Below, one piece after another: positions 1 to 8,320 of a stretch of 18,323 nt of DNA; positions within the stretch are counted from its first letter, which is position 1; the number at the start of each line of letters is the position of its first letter. A program made the translations under genes and the position numbers. Origin of the DNA: Candidatus Methylomirabilia bacterium (GTDB lineage Bacteria > Methylomirabilota > Methylomirabilia > Rokubacteriales > CSP1-6); the NCBI GenBank assembly GCA_046758965.1, contig JBHIBG010000051.1:1-18323 (forward strand), written 5' to 3'. The notes below the pieces were generated by a model. That model was not told where the DNA came from and made no database searches. It saw nothing but the letters and a program-made list of their open reading frames with translations.

Positions 1-69
1 GACACTCCTGGCCGCGGCGGATCCCCGCCGCAGCTCTCACGCGATCGGCTGGTAAGCCCCTGAGGAGGC

Positions 70-2664
70 TCACACCGGGACAGCTTCGACGGCCTTCTTG
101 AAGATGAGCCGGTCCCGGTCCGCGTCCACGGTGATGGTGTCGCCTTCCTGGAATTCTCCTTCCAGGAGCTTGAGAGCCAGAGGATCCTGGACCAGGCGCT
201 GAATCGTTCGCTTCAGAGGCCGGGCGCCGAAGGTCGGGTCGTAGCCCTCCCGGGCGAGGTGAGATTTCGCGGCCTCCGTGAGGTCCAGGCCGATCCGCTT
301 CTCGGCGAGCCTCCGCTTCAGATGGCCGGACTGGATCTCCACGATCCGGGCGATCTCGTCCCGGCCGAGGGGGTTGAAAATGACGATCTCGTCGATCCGG
401 TTCAGGAACTCCGGCCGGAGCGCGTTCTGGAGCTCCTGGAGCATCAGGGGCCGGACTTTCTCGGGCTTTTCGTACTCGCGGAAGATGTGGCTGCCGAGGT
501 TTGAGGTCATGATGATCACGGCGTTGCGGAAGTCGACGGTCCGGCCGTGTCCATCTGTCAGCCTCCCGTCGTCGAGGAGCTGGAGGAGGACGTTGGAGAC
601 ATCGTCGTGGGCCTTCTCGACCTCGTCGAAGAGGACCACGGTGTAGGGGCGGCGGCGCACCGCCTCGGTGAGCTGCCCTCCCTCCTCGTACCCCACATAG
701 CCGGGCGGCGCCCCGATGAGGCGGGCCACGGTGTGCTTCTCCATGTACTCGGACATGTCGAGCCTCACCAGAGCCCGCTCATCGTCGAAGAGGAACTCTG
801 CGAGCGCGCGGGCCAGCTCGGTCTTCCCGACGCCGGTGGGGCCCAGGAACAGGAAGGAGCCGATGGGACGGTTCGGATCGGCGAGGCCTGAGCGGCTCCG
901 GCGGACCGCGTTGGAGATCGCGCCGATCGCCTGGTCCTGCCCGACCACCCGTTGGGCCAGCCGCTCTTCCATTCTCAGGAGCTTCTGCATCTCCCCTTCC
1001 AAGAGCCGGCTCACCGGGATACCACTCCACTTGGCCACGGTCTCGCCGATGTCCTCTTCGTCCACCTCTTCTTTGAGCATCTTGCGGGTCTTCTGAATCT
1101 CGACCAGCCGGGCGTTCTCGTGCTCCAGCTGCTTGCCCAGCTCCAGCAGCACCCCGTAGCGGAGCTCGGCGGCGCGGGTCAGGTCGCCCCGGCGCTCGGC
1201 TTCAGCCATAGCGGTCCGGGCCTGGTCGATCTCCTCCTTGACCTTCCGGATCCGCGAGATGCACTCCTTCTCGGCCTGCCACTGCATCTTGAGCTCCTGG
1301 GACCTGGCCTTGTGGTTTGCCAACTCCGCGTCCAGCTTGGCCAGGCGATCCCGGGACACCTCGTCTGACTCCCGCGCCACCGACACGCGCTCGATCTCGA
1401 GCTGCATGATCCGCCGCTCGATCTCGTCGATCTCGGCGGGCATCGAATCGATTTCGATGCGCAGCCGGGATGCGGCCTCGTCGACCAGGTCGATGGCCTT
1501 GTCGGGGAGGAAGCGGTCGGCGATGTAGCGGTTGGAGAGGACCGCCGCCGCCACCAGGGCCGCGTCCTTGATTTTCACGCCGTGGTGGACCTCGTACTTC
1601 TCCTTGAGGCCGCGCAGGATGGCGATGGTGTCCTCCACGCTCGGCTCCCGCACCAGCACGGGCTGGAAGCGTCGCTCCAGGGCGGCGTCCTTCTCCACGT
1701 GCTTGCGGTACTCGTCGAGCGTGGTGGCCCCGATGCAGCGGAGCTCCCCGCGAGCTAGGGCGGGCTTGAGCATGCTAGCCGCGTCCACGGCCCCTTCGGC
1801 CGCCCCGGCCCCCACCAGGGTGTGGAGCTCGTCGATGAAGCAGATAATCTCGCCCTCGGCTTCGGTGATCTCGCGGAGCACAGCCTTGAGCCGATCCTCG
1901 AACTCCCCGCGGTACTTGGTTCCGGCCACGAGCGCGCCGATATCGAGAGCCACGAGGCGCTTTCCCTTGAGCCCTTCGGGGACATCGCCGGCCACGATCC
2001 TCTGGGCCAGCCCCTCCGCGATGGCGGTCTTGCCCACCCCGGGCTCGCCGATGAGCACGGGGTTGTTCTTCGTGCGCCTGGAAAGGACCTGTATCACCCG
2101 GCGGATCTCCTCGTCCCGGCCGATGACCGGATCCAGCTTCCCTTTGCGGGCCACCTCGGTCAGATCACGGGAGTAGCGCTGCAGGGCCTGGTACTTCTCC
2201 TCCGGGTTCGGATCCGTGACGCGCTGCGAGCCGCGCACGTCCACGAGCGCCTGGTAGATGGCCTCGGAGGTGACGCCGTGCTGGCGCAGGATCTGGCCCG
2301 CGGCCCCGTCTTTCTCCTGGCTGAGTCCGATCAGGAGGTGCTCGGTGGCGCAGTACTCATCCTTGAGCCGCTCAGCTTCGGCCCACGCGCGATCCAAGGC
2401 CTCCTTGAGTCGCGGGGAGATGTACTGGCCGCCGGCACCCCGCACCTGGGGGAGCTTCCTGAGCTCATCCTCCACCTGGCGGCCGAGGGCTTCCGGGCGC
2501 ACCCCGAGCTTCGCGAGGAGCGGTCTGATGATCCCCTCCTGCTGCTGGATCAGCGCCAGCAGCAGGTGTTCGGACTCGATCGCCTGGTGGTGCTGTTGCT
2601 CTGCCAGAGAGTGCGCCGTCTGCACCGCCTCCTGCGCCTTCACTGTAAACTTGTCGAACCGCAT
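70..2664 (-). CDS. clpB: ATP-dependent disaggregase ClpB (864 aa)
   Basis: Clp N-domain (MRFDKFT..), two AAA+ modules (Walker A GEPGVGKT and GPTGVGKT; Walker B FIDELH and LFDEVEK), pore loops KYRG and GYVG, coiled-coil middle domain (..AAELRYG..), no IGF ClpP-docking loop; AAGGAG RBS upstream. Confidence 0.97.
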   Translation of the reverse strand: MRFDKFTVKAQEAVQTAHSLAEQQHHQAIESEHLLLALIQQQEGIIRPLLAKLGVRPEALGRQVEDELRKLPQVRGAGGQYISPRLKEALDRAWAEAERLKDEYCATEHLLIGLSQEKDGAAGQILRQHGVTSEAIYQALVDVRGSQRVTDPNPEEKYQALQRYSRDLTEVARKGKLDPVIGRDEEIRRVIQVLSRRTKNNPVLIGEPGVGKTAIAEGLAQRIVAGDVPEGLKGKRLVALDIGALVAGTKYRGEFEDRLKAVLREITEAEGEIICFIDELHTLVGAGAAEGAVDAASMLKPALARGELRCIGATTLDEYRKHVEKDAALERRFQPVLVREPSVEDTIAILRGLKEKYEVHHGVKIKDAALVAAAVLSNRYIADRFLPDKAIDLVDEAASRLRIEIDSMPAEIDEIERRIMQLEIERVSVARESDEVSRDRLAKLDAELANHKARSQELKMQWQAEKECISRIRKVKEEIDQARTAMAEAERRGDLTRAAELRYGVLLELGKQLEHENARLVEIQKTRKMLKEEVDEEDIGETVAKWSGIPVSRLLEGEMQKLLRMEERLAQRVVGQDQAIGAISNAVRRSRSGLADPNRPIGSFLFLGPTGVGKTELARALAEFLFDDERALVRLDMSEYMEKHTVARLIGAPPGYVGYEEGGQLTEAVRRRPYTVVLFDEVEKAHDDVSNVLLQLLDDGRLTDGHGRTVDFRNAVIIMTSNLGSHIFREYEKPEKVRPLMLQELQNALRPEFLNRIDEIVIFNPLGRDEIARIVEIQSGHLKRRLAEKRIGLDLTEAAKSHLAREGYDPTFGARPLKRTIQRLVQDPLALKLLEGEFQEGDTITVDADRDRLIFKKAVEAVPV

Positions 2665-2705
2665 CGCGTTTCCCGCTCCTTTACGCTCCGTGCGTCAAGC
2701 CCTGC

Positions 2706-3758
2706 TCAATTCACCAGGTGTGCCCGGGGGTTCTCGGGCCGAAGCCGCCTGAGCTCCTCGAACAGCTCCCGCTCCCGGTCGCTGAGCCCTGAGGGCAGGA
2801 TCACCTTGATCTTGACGAGCTCGTCGCCGGACCCGCCTCCCCTGAGACGGGGCATCCCGTAGCCCGGCAGTCGGAAGGTCCGGCCACTCGCCGCCCCCGG
2901 GGGCACCTTCATCGTCACCTTTCCCTTGAGGGTCGGGACCTCCACCTGGGCGCCGAGGGCTGCCTCCCATACGGTGAGCGGGAGCTCCACGTGGAGGTCG
3001 TGGCCGTTCCGCTCGAAGATCGGGTGGGGTCTCATCTTCACCAGGAGGTAGAGGTCACCCCGCGCTCCGGCACCGGCTCCTCCGGCCCCTTCGCCGGCGA
3101 CCCGCACCTTGGCGCCGTCTCCCACCCCAGCTGGAATTTTCACCTCCACGTGGCGCCGCGCGTTGACCCACCCCCGTCCGAGGCAGGTAGGACAGGGGCC
3201 CCGATCCTGACGTCGGCTCCCTCCGCAGGCGGAGCAGGGCTCCTCCAGATCCAGATCGATGGTCTTGCGCCCCCCGTGGAAGGCCTCCTCGAGGGTAATT
3301 GCGATCGACGCCTGAACGTCCTCTCCACGGGCTCGTGAGGTCCGGCGGGTTCGGCCGAACTCCATGCCGAGGTCAGCGAAGAGATCCTCGTGGCCCCGCG
3401 CGCCCAGGTCACCGAAGACCGTCCTGAAGAAGTCCGAGAACCCCTCGAGGTCTTCGACACCTCCCCTCCCTCCGCCGAAGTGGACGCGGAACCCCTCAAG
3501 CGGCCCCTGGCCGCCGGTCCACCCGGCCTGGGCGAAGCGCTGCCAGTCAGGTCCCAGGCTGTCGTAGCGCTTACGCTTCTCCGGGTCTGAGAGGACCTCG
3601 TAGGCCTCATTGATCTCCTTGAACCGCTCTGTTGCTTGCTTGGATTGGTTGACGTCGGGGTGGTACTTCCTGGCCAGACGCCGGTACGCCTGTTTGATGA
3701 CCTTGTCGGTCGCTGTCCGGTCTACTCCGAGGATCTTGTAGTAGTTCTTGTAGTCCAT
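2706..3758 (-). CDS. DnaJ/CbpA-family J-domain co-chaperone (350 aa) with a reduced zinc finger
   Basis: N-terminal J domain with HPD (KYHPDVN), G/F-rich region with FSDFF, only two CxxC motifs (CSACGGS, CPTCLGRG), DnaJ C-terminal domain (GDLYL, EAALGA.VEVPTL). Confidence 0.93.
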   Translation of the reverse strand: MDYKNYYKILGVDRTATDKVIKQAYRRLARKYHPDVNQSKQATERFKEINEAYEVLSDPEKRKRYDSLGPDWQRFAQAGWTGGQGPLEGFRVHFGGGRGGVEDLEGFSDFFRTVFGDLGARGHEDLFADLGMEFGRTRRTSRARGEDVQASIAITLEEAFHGGRKTIDLDLEEPCSACGGSRRQDRGPCPTCLGRGWVNARRHVEVKIPAGVGDGAKVRVAGEGAGGAGAGARGDLYLLVKMRPHPIFERNGHDLHVELPLTVWEAALGAQVEVPTLKGKVTMKVPPGAASGRTFRLPGYGMPRLRGGGSGDELVKIKVILPSGLSDRERELFEELRRLRPENPRAHLVN

Positions 3759-3828
3759 GTAAGGGCTCGTTTCTGGCAGCGATCGGGCAGCGCTAGGCGC
3801 TCTGAGCCGCTTCGCCGCCCTTAATATA

Positions 3829-3837
3829 ATTGTAGCA
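3829..3837 (-). promoter_or_regulatory. Putative extended -10 promoter (TGcTACAAT) for dnaJ-clpB
   Basis: Minus strand reads TGCTACAAT in an AT-rich patch (3821-3834) about 70 nt upstream of the dnaJ ATG; no obvious -35. Confidence 0.5.
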
Positions 3838-3891
3838 GACGGAGGACGAGCCCCTCGCTGGGGGGTCTACCAGGGCTCGGATCGGAGAAAC

Positions 3892-5340
3892 CTACCCTCT
3901 GGCCAGGGGGAATGCCACGTACAGTGACATCGACCCCCGCTGCAACCGCACGGTGACCATTTCGCCCGGGTTGAGCGTCTTGACGATGCGCCGGAAGTCT
4001 GGGAGCGCTTGGATCCGCTGCCGGTTGATCTCGCGGATCACGTCGCCCCGCTTGATTCCCGCCGCCGCGGCGGGGCTACCATCTTCCACCCTGCCAACGA
4101 AGACCCCTTCCAGGCTGTTCAGCCCGAGCCGGCGGGCCAGCTGGGGGGTGATGGCGCGCGCCTCGACGCCGAGGAGGTTCTTGCTTTTGACCGCGGACCG
4201 GAGCACTCGTCCCTCTTCCGGGGTCTCGGCGATCGTGATCTCAACCTGGCGCTCCGCCCTATCCCGCCAGATCTTGGCCCGGACTGTCTTCCCCGGATTC
4301 GTCAGCCCCACGACCCGCTGGAGCTCGGCGGGGCCCTTGAGCCGCGTGCCGTCGAATTCGAGGATGATGTCGCCCGGCTGGAGCCCGGCTTTGTTCGCCG
4401 GGCTGTCCTCCACGACATCCGCGATGAGGACGCCGCCGTCGACTTCGGCGCCGAAGCTCCGAGCCAGGTCCGCGGTCAGCGGCTGGACGGAAACTCCGAG
4501 CCAGCCGCGGGCCACCCTGCCCCGGGCCAGCAGGTCAGTGTAAATCTTCCGGGCCATGTTGATGGGGATGGCGAAGCCGATCCCCTGGCCGCCCGCGATG
4601 ATGGCGGTGTTGATCCCGATCACGTGGCCTTTCATATCGACCAGGGGCCCGCCCGAGTTGCCGGGGTTGATGGCGGCGTCAGTCTGGAGGAAGTCGTCGA
4701 AGGGGCCCTGCCCGATGATACGCCCCTTGGCGCTGATGATCCCCGCGGTGACGGTCTGCATGAGGCCGAAGGGGGAGCCGATGGCAAGCACCCAGTCCCC
4801 CACGCTGACCGCGTCCGAGTCCCCCAGCACGGCGGCCGAATAGGGCCCCCCACCCTGGAGACGGAGCACCGCAAGGTCCGTGCGCCGGTCTATGCCCACC
4901 AGCTTAGCCTTGTGCGTTTCACCGTCCGCGGTGATGACCTCCACGATGGTGGCCCGCTGGACCACGTGGGCGTTCGTGAGGGCGATGCCGGAGGAGTCGA
5001 CGATGACACCGGAGCCGAGACTCCGCTGCATGACCTCGGGGACCTCGCCGAAGAAGCGGCGGAAGAACTCCTCGCCGAAGAACTCCTGGAAGGGAGTCCG
5101 GACTGAGGCGCGGGTCACGGTGTTGATGTTGATCACGGCGGGCTTGACCGCTTCCGCCACCTGGGCGAACGACCCCGAGGGCAGCGGGAGCGCTGCCGGA
5201 ATGATGGGGGCTTGGATGGCCGGAGCCGGCTGGGAGTGGCCATTCGTCGCGGAACCGGCCGCCCACCCACCGAGCCCGACGCCTGCGATGATGGCAAGGA
5301 GGAGCAAAGTCGCGAAGGCTGTGCGTCTCAGCTGTATCAT
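3892..5340 (-). CDS. degP: DegP/DegQ (HtrA, Do family) periplasmic serine endoprotease with two PDZ domains (about 482 aa)
   Basis: Catalytic triad motifs TNAHVV, TDLAV, GNSGGP; QTDAAINPG; two PDZ domains; N-terminal hydrophobic signal/anchor. Start moved from the track's 5385 to ATG 5340, which follows a GGAGGT RBS. Confidence 0.93.
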   Translation of the reverse strand: MIQLRRTAFATLLLLAIIAGVGLGGWAAGSATNGHSQPAPAIQAPIIPAALPLPSGSFAQVAEAVKPAVININTVTRASVRTPFQEFFGEEFFRRFFGEVPEVMQRSLGSGVIVDSSGIALTNAHVVQRATIVEVITADGETHKAKLVGIDRRTDLAVLRLQGGGPYSAAVLGDSDAVSVGDWVLAIGSPFGLMQTVTAGIISAKGRIIGQGPFDDFLQTDAAINPGNSGGPLVDMKGHVIGINTAIIAGGQGIGFAIPINMARKIYTDLLARGRVARGWLGVSVQPLTADLARSFGAEVDGGVLIADVVEDSPANKAGLQPGDIILEFDGTRLKGPAELQRVVGLTNPGKTVRAKIWRDRAERQVEITIAETPEEGRVLRSAVKSKNLLGVEARAITPQLARRLGLNSLEGVFVGRVEDGSPAAAAGIKRGDVIREINRQRIQALPDFRRIVKTLNPGEMVTVRLQRGSMSLYVAFPLARG

Positions 5341-5402
5341 CCGCCTACCTCCAGAGGATGCCGGGCCGGGAAGGAACGCAGACACTCAAGTCCTCCCCAT
5401 AG

Positions 5403-5431
5403 ATGCTAGCTCACCCCCCGGAAGGTGTCAA
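5403..5431 (-). promoter_or_regulatory. sigma70-type promoter for degP: TTGACA-N17-TAGCAT
   Basis: Minus strand TTGACA (5431-5426), 17-nt spacer, TAGCAT (5408-5403), about 60 nt upstream of the degP ATG. Confidence 0.7.
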
Positions 5432-5521
5432 ACCACCGGCATGGAAACGCCTTGCGGAGGAATCGCGAGTCAGGAGCGGGCGGGCTGCTCTCTGCCGGGG
5501 GCGGGTTTTGGCAATTTCTGC

Positions 5522-5550
5522 TTGACACCTTTTCAGAAATCACTTAGGTT
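5522..5550 (+). promoter_or_regulatory. sigma70-type promoter for the bd-like/cytochrome operon: TTGACA-N17-TAGGTT
   Basis: TTGACA 5522-5527, 17-nt spacer, TAGGTT 5545-5550, in an AT-rich intergenic patch. Confidence 0.7.
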
Positions 5551-5656
5551 TGTGAGCGAGAGAACAGCTCGGTCACGACTTTCTCACCAGTCACGTCATT
5601 TTTGGGTTCTTCCCCGACGGGTTACCGATGCGGATTCAGGGTTGAGGGCAGCGTGT

Positions 5657-7435
5657 GTGAGTAGCCGAGGCGTGATTCACCGTCGGGCCGCTCACGCCTC
5701 CCTCATTCTTTTGGCACTCGGTGCGCTTGTCGCCTGCTCCGTGCCCGCCCTGGCCCAGGAGCAGGGGAGGGAGGTCGCCTACCGCGCCTTTCCCCTCATC
5801 GGGTCGCGGCTGGCGGTGTGGGCCGTCGCCCAGCTTCACCTCAACTTCGCCGCCTTCATCCTGGGCGTTCCCATCTTCGCGGTCATCATCGAGATCATGG
5901 GCTGGCGGACGGGGGAGCGCCGCTATGACTGGCTCGCCCACGAGTTTGTCAAGCTGATCTTCGCGGCCTTCTCCACGACCGCTCTCCTGGGCGCGTTCCT
6001 GCTCTTCCTGTTCGTCGGCTACTACCCGACGTTCTGGGTTTACATGAGCGGGATCTTCTACTCGACCTTCTGGGTCTACGTCGCGCTCTTCTTCCTCGAG
6101 ACGTTCGCCGTCTACCTCTGGTACTACGGCTGGGAGTGGCTGTCCGGTTCCCGGAAGTGGATCCACGTCTCCATCGGGATCCTCTCGAACCTCTTCGGCA
6201 CCGCGATCCTCGTCGTCTCCAACGCCTGGGTTACCTTCATGGTCTCCCCTGGGGGGATCGACGAGACGGGCAGGTTCGTTTCCCTCTGGGGGGCCATCAA
6301 CAACTTCACCTGGATGCCGATCAACATCCACCGGCTCATCGCCAACATCGTCTTCGGCGGCACGATCGCCGCGGCGTACGCCGCCTTCCGCTTCCTGTCG
6401 GCGAGGACCGACGAAGAGCGCGCCCGCTACGACTGGATGGGGTACATCGGCAACTTCGTCGCCATCTCCGCCCTGATGGTGCTCCCCTTCGCCGGCTACT
6501 ACCTGGGGCGCGAGATCTACGCCTTCAACCAGACCATGGGGATCACCATGATGGGGGGGTTCATGTCCTGGCTCTGGGTCGTGCAGGCCATCCTGATCGG
6601 GGTGCTCTTCATCGGCTCCAACTACTACCTCTGGCTCGGGATGGAGCGGATTCCCGGGTCCGAGCGCTATCGGCGCTACGTCCCCTATATGATCATGATC
6701 CTGGCGGCGGGGTTCATCGTCTGGGCCACGCCGCGCAACATCCCGGCGACGCCCGGTGAGATCCGGGCCATGGGGGGCACGTTCCACCCGGTCCTCGGGA
6801 TCCTCGGCGTCATGTCCGCCAAGAACACGGCCGTCAACCTCATGATCCTCACCACCTTCCTCTCTTACCTCCTCTACCGGCGCGCCAACAAGCTCTCGGT
6901 CAAGTCCTGGGTCGGGCCGGGAATGGCTGTCCAGTGGGTGATCTTCGGCCTTGCCGCAGGCATCGTGACCTTTTACGGGATATACGGCTACTTCGTCGAG
7001 TCGATTGTCCGCATCGGCTTCTCTGTCTATCAGGTGCTGGCGGTCCTGGCGGCCATCGCGCTTGTCATGGCCATTGACATCCCGATGTTCCGTCGCGCGC
7101 GCTCCACGGGGACCATCCGCTGGGGACAGATCGCGCCGCGCTCCCAGTATGTCCTGATTCTCCTCGCCGTCACCTTCACCTGGCTCATGGGGCTCATGGG
7201 GTTCGCTCGCTCGGGCATCCGCCAGCACTGGCACGTCTACGGCGTGGTCCGGGACAGTTCCCCCGACGCGGTGACGCCAGCGCTCGGCTATGCGGCGAAC
7301 ATGATCACGGCGGTCACCATCGTCTTCTTTGCGATGGTCTTCTTTATCTTCTGGCTGGGCGGCCTGGCGGAGAAGGGCAAGGCCGAGGCGCATGAGCCTG
7401 CGCCCGCGATCGCGGGCGGCACTAACGACCACTAG
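5657..7435 (+). CDS. Cytochrome bd-like (CydA-family) membrane subunit I with N-terminal signal peptide (about 592 aa)
   Basis: Polytopic protein with CydA-like motifs: QLHLNFAAFILG (first His), FFLETFAVYLWYYGW, NAWVTFMVSPG, NIHRLIAN (second His), and MGFARSGIRQHWHVYG in place of GWxxxExGRQPW. Probable start GTG 5657 (GAGGG RBS 8 nt upstream) or GTG 5672. The track's 4880 start overlaps degP and is not credible. Confidence 0.85.
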   Translation: MSSRGVIHRRAAHASLILLALGALVACSVPALAQEQGREVAYRAFPLIGSRLAVWAVAQLHLNFAAFILGVPIFAVIIEIMGWRTGERRYDWLAHEFVKLIFAAFSTTALLGAFLLFLFVGYYPTFWVYMSGIFYSTFWVYVALFFLETFAVYLWYYGWEWLSGSRKWIHVSIGILSNLFGTAILVVSNAWVTFMVSPGGIDETGRFVSLWGAINNFTWMPINIHRLIANIVFGGTIAAAYAAFRFLSARTDEERARYDWMGYIGNFVAISALMVLPFAGYYLGREIYAFNQTMGITMMGGFMSWLWVVQAILIGVLFIGSNYYLWLGMERIPGSERYRRYVPYMIMILAAGFIVWATPRNIPATPGEIRAMGGTFHPVLGILGVMSAKNTAVNLMILTTFLSYLLYRRANKLSVKSWVGPGMAVQWVIFGLAAGIVTFYGIYGYFVESIVRIGFSVYQVLAVLAAIALVMAIDIPMFRRARSTGTIRWGQIAPRSQYVLILLAVTFTWLMGLMGFARSGIRQHWHVYGVVRDSSPDAVTPALGYAANMITAVTIVFFAMVFFIFWLGGLAEKGKAEAHEPAPAIAGGTNDH

Positions 7436-7516
7436 CAACTCCGAGCGAATACGTGATACAAGGCGAGGGTGCTTCGCGTGCGGAGGGGGACAGAGTCCCC
7501 AGCCGAGGTAAGTAGG

Positions 7517-8320
7517 ATGCGGATCCCGGTATCGGTGAAGGTCTCCGTCTTTGGCCTGGCAGTGATGGGGGGCTACACCTACTATGCCAACTCCATCCCC
7601 CAGATCCAGTCGAAGCCTCCGGAGGAGATCTCTCTGGAGGAGGGGAAAGTGAGCCCGGAGCAGCTCGCCCGAATCGGAGAGCAGATTTTCAAGGGGAAGG
7701 GGACCTGCGAGGTCTGCCACCGGATCGGCCAGGTGGGGGCGCGTGCGCCCGATCTGGCGGGGATCGGCACCCGGGCGGCCACCCGGAAGTCCGGGGCGAG
7801 TGCGATGGCCTACATCGTTGAATCTCTGCTGGATCCGGGGGCGTACGTGGTGGAGGGGTATCCGAACATGATGCCTCAGGTGGACCGGCCTCCCATCGGG
7901 CTGAACCGATCCGAACTCTGGGCGGTCGTGGCGTTTCTGGAGTCTCTCGGCGGCACCGTGGCAGTCAGGTTGGACGACATCCCGAAGACCGCCGGTGCCG
8001 CGTCCGGGGCGGGGGCCGCCGCGGTGGCCGAGCTCAAACTTCCCGGGGATCCCAAGGCGGGTCAGGCGGTGTTCATGGGCAAGGGCGCGTGCATAGCCTG
8101 CCACAAGGCCGGATCCATCGGCGCCTCGCCCGTTGGGCCTGACCTCTCCCAGATCGCCAAGATTCAGACCCCCGGGTACATCATGGCCAAGATCCTCGAC
8201 CCCGCCGGGATGGGGACCGTGCCAGGCTACCCCCCCAACGTGATGCCTCCACTCTTAGGGCAGACTTTGACCGCCAGGGAGTACGTCGATCTGGTCTCGT
8301 TCCTCTTGACTCTGAAATGA
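7517..8320 (+). CDS. Membrane-anchored diheme c-type cytochrome (about 267 aa)
   Basis: N-terminal TM/signal, two CxxCH motifs (CEVCH, CIACH), each followed by PDL and a distal-Met motif (GYPNMMP, GYPPNVMP), Ala/Gly linker; ATG 7517 after GAGGT RBS. Confidence 0.9.
   Translation: MRIPVSVKVSVFGLAVMGGYTYYANSIPQIQSKPPEEISLEEGKVSPEQLARIGEQIFKGKGTCEVCHRIGQVGARAPDLAGIGTRAATRKSGASAMAYIVESLLDPGAYVVEGYPNMMPQVDRPPIGLNRSELWAVVAFLESLGGTVAVRLDDIPKTAGAASGAGAAAVAELKLPGDPKAGQAVFMGKGACIACHKAGSIGASPVGPDLSQIAKIQTPGYIMAKILDPAGMGTVPGYPPNVMPPLLGQTLTAREYVDLVSFLLTLK

Noticed and set aside
14..31. GC hairpin (GCGGCGG-atcc-CCGCCGC) downstream of clpB as a terminator
   Set aside because: Only a 7-bp stem with no U-tract, at the window edge; not supportable.
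5341..5385. Longer degP start given by the ORF track
   Set aside because: ATG 5340 has a GGAGGT RBS and directly begins a typical signal sequence.
5384..5390. ACTCAAG as an HspR HAIR half-site; also searched for CIRCE upstream of the chaperone genes
   Set aside because: No matching CTTGAGT half at the required spacing and no TTAGCACTC-N9-GAGTGCTAA seen.
4880..5656. N-terminal extension of about 260 aa on the 851-aa ORF
   Set aside because: It is antisense to degP and runs through both promoters; a signal peptide and RBS at 5657-5672 mark the likely true start.
5636..8104. 822-aa minus-strand ORF (likewise 12116-14026, 1822-2862, 4009-5106, 10222-11244, 12457-13962 and other overlapping ORFs)
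   Set aside because: Shadow frames of well-supported genes in GC-rich DNA, where stops are rare; no recognisable motifs.
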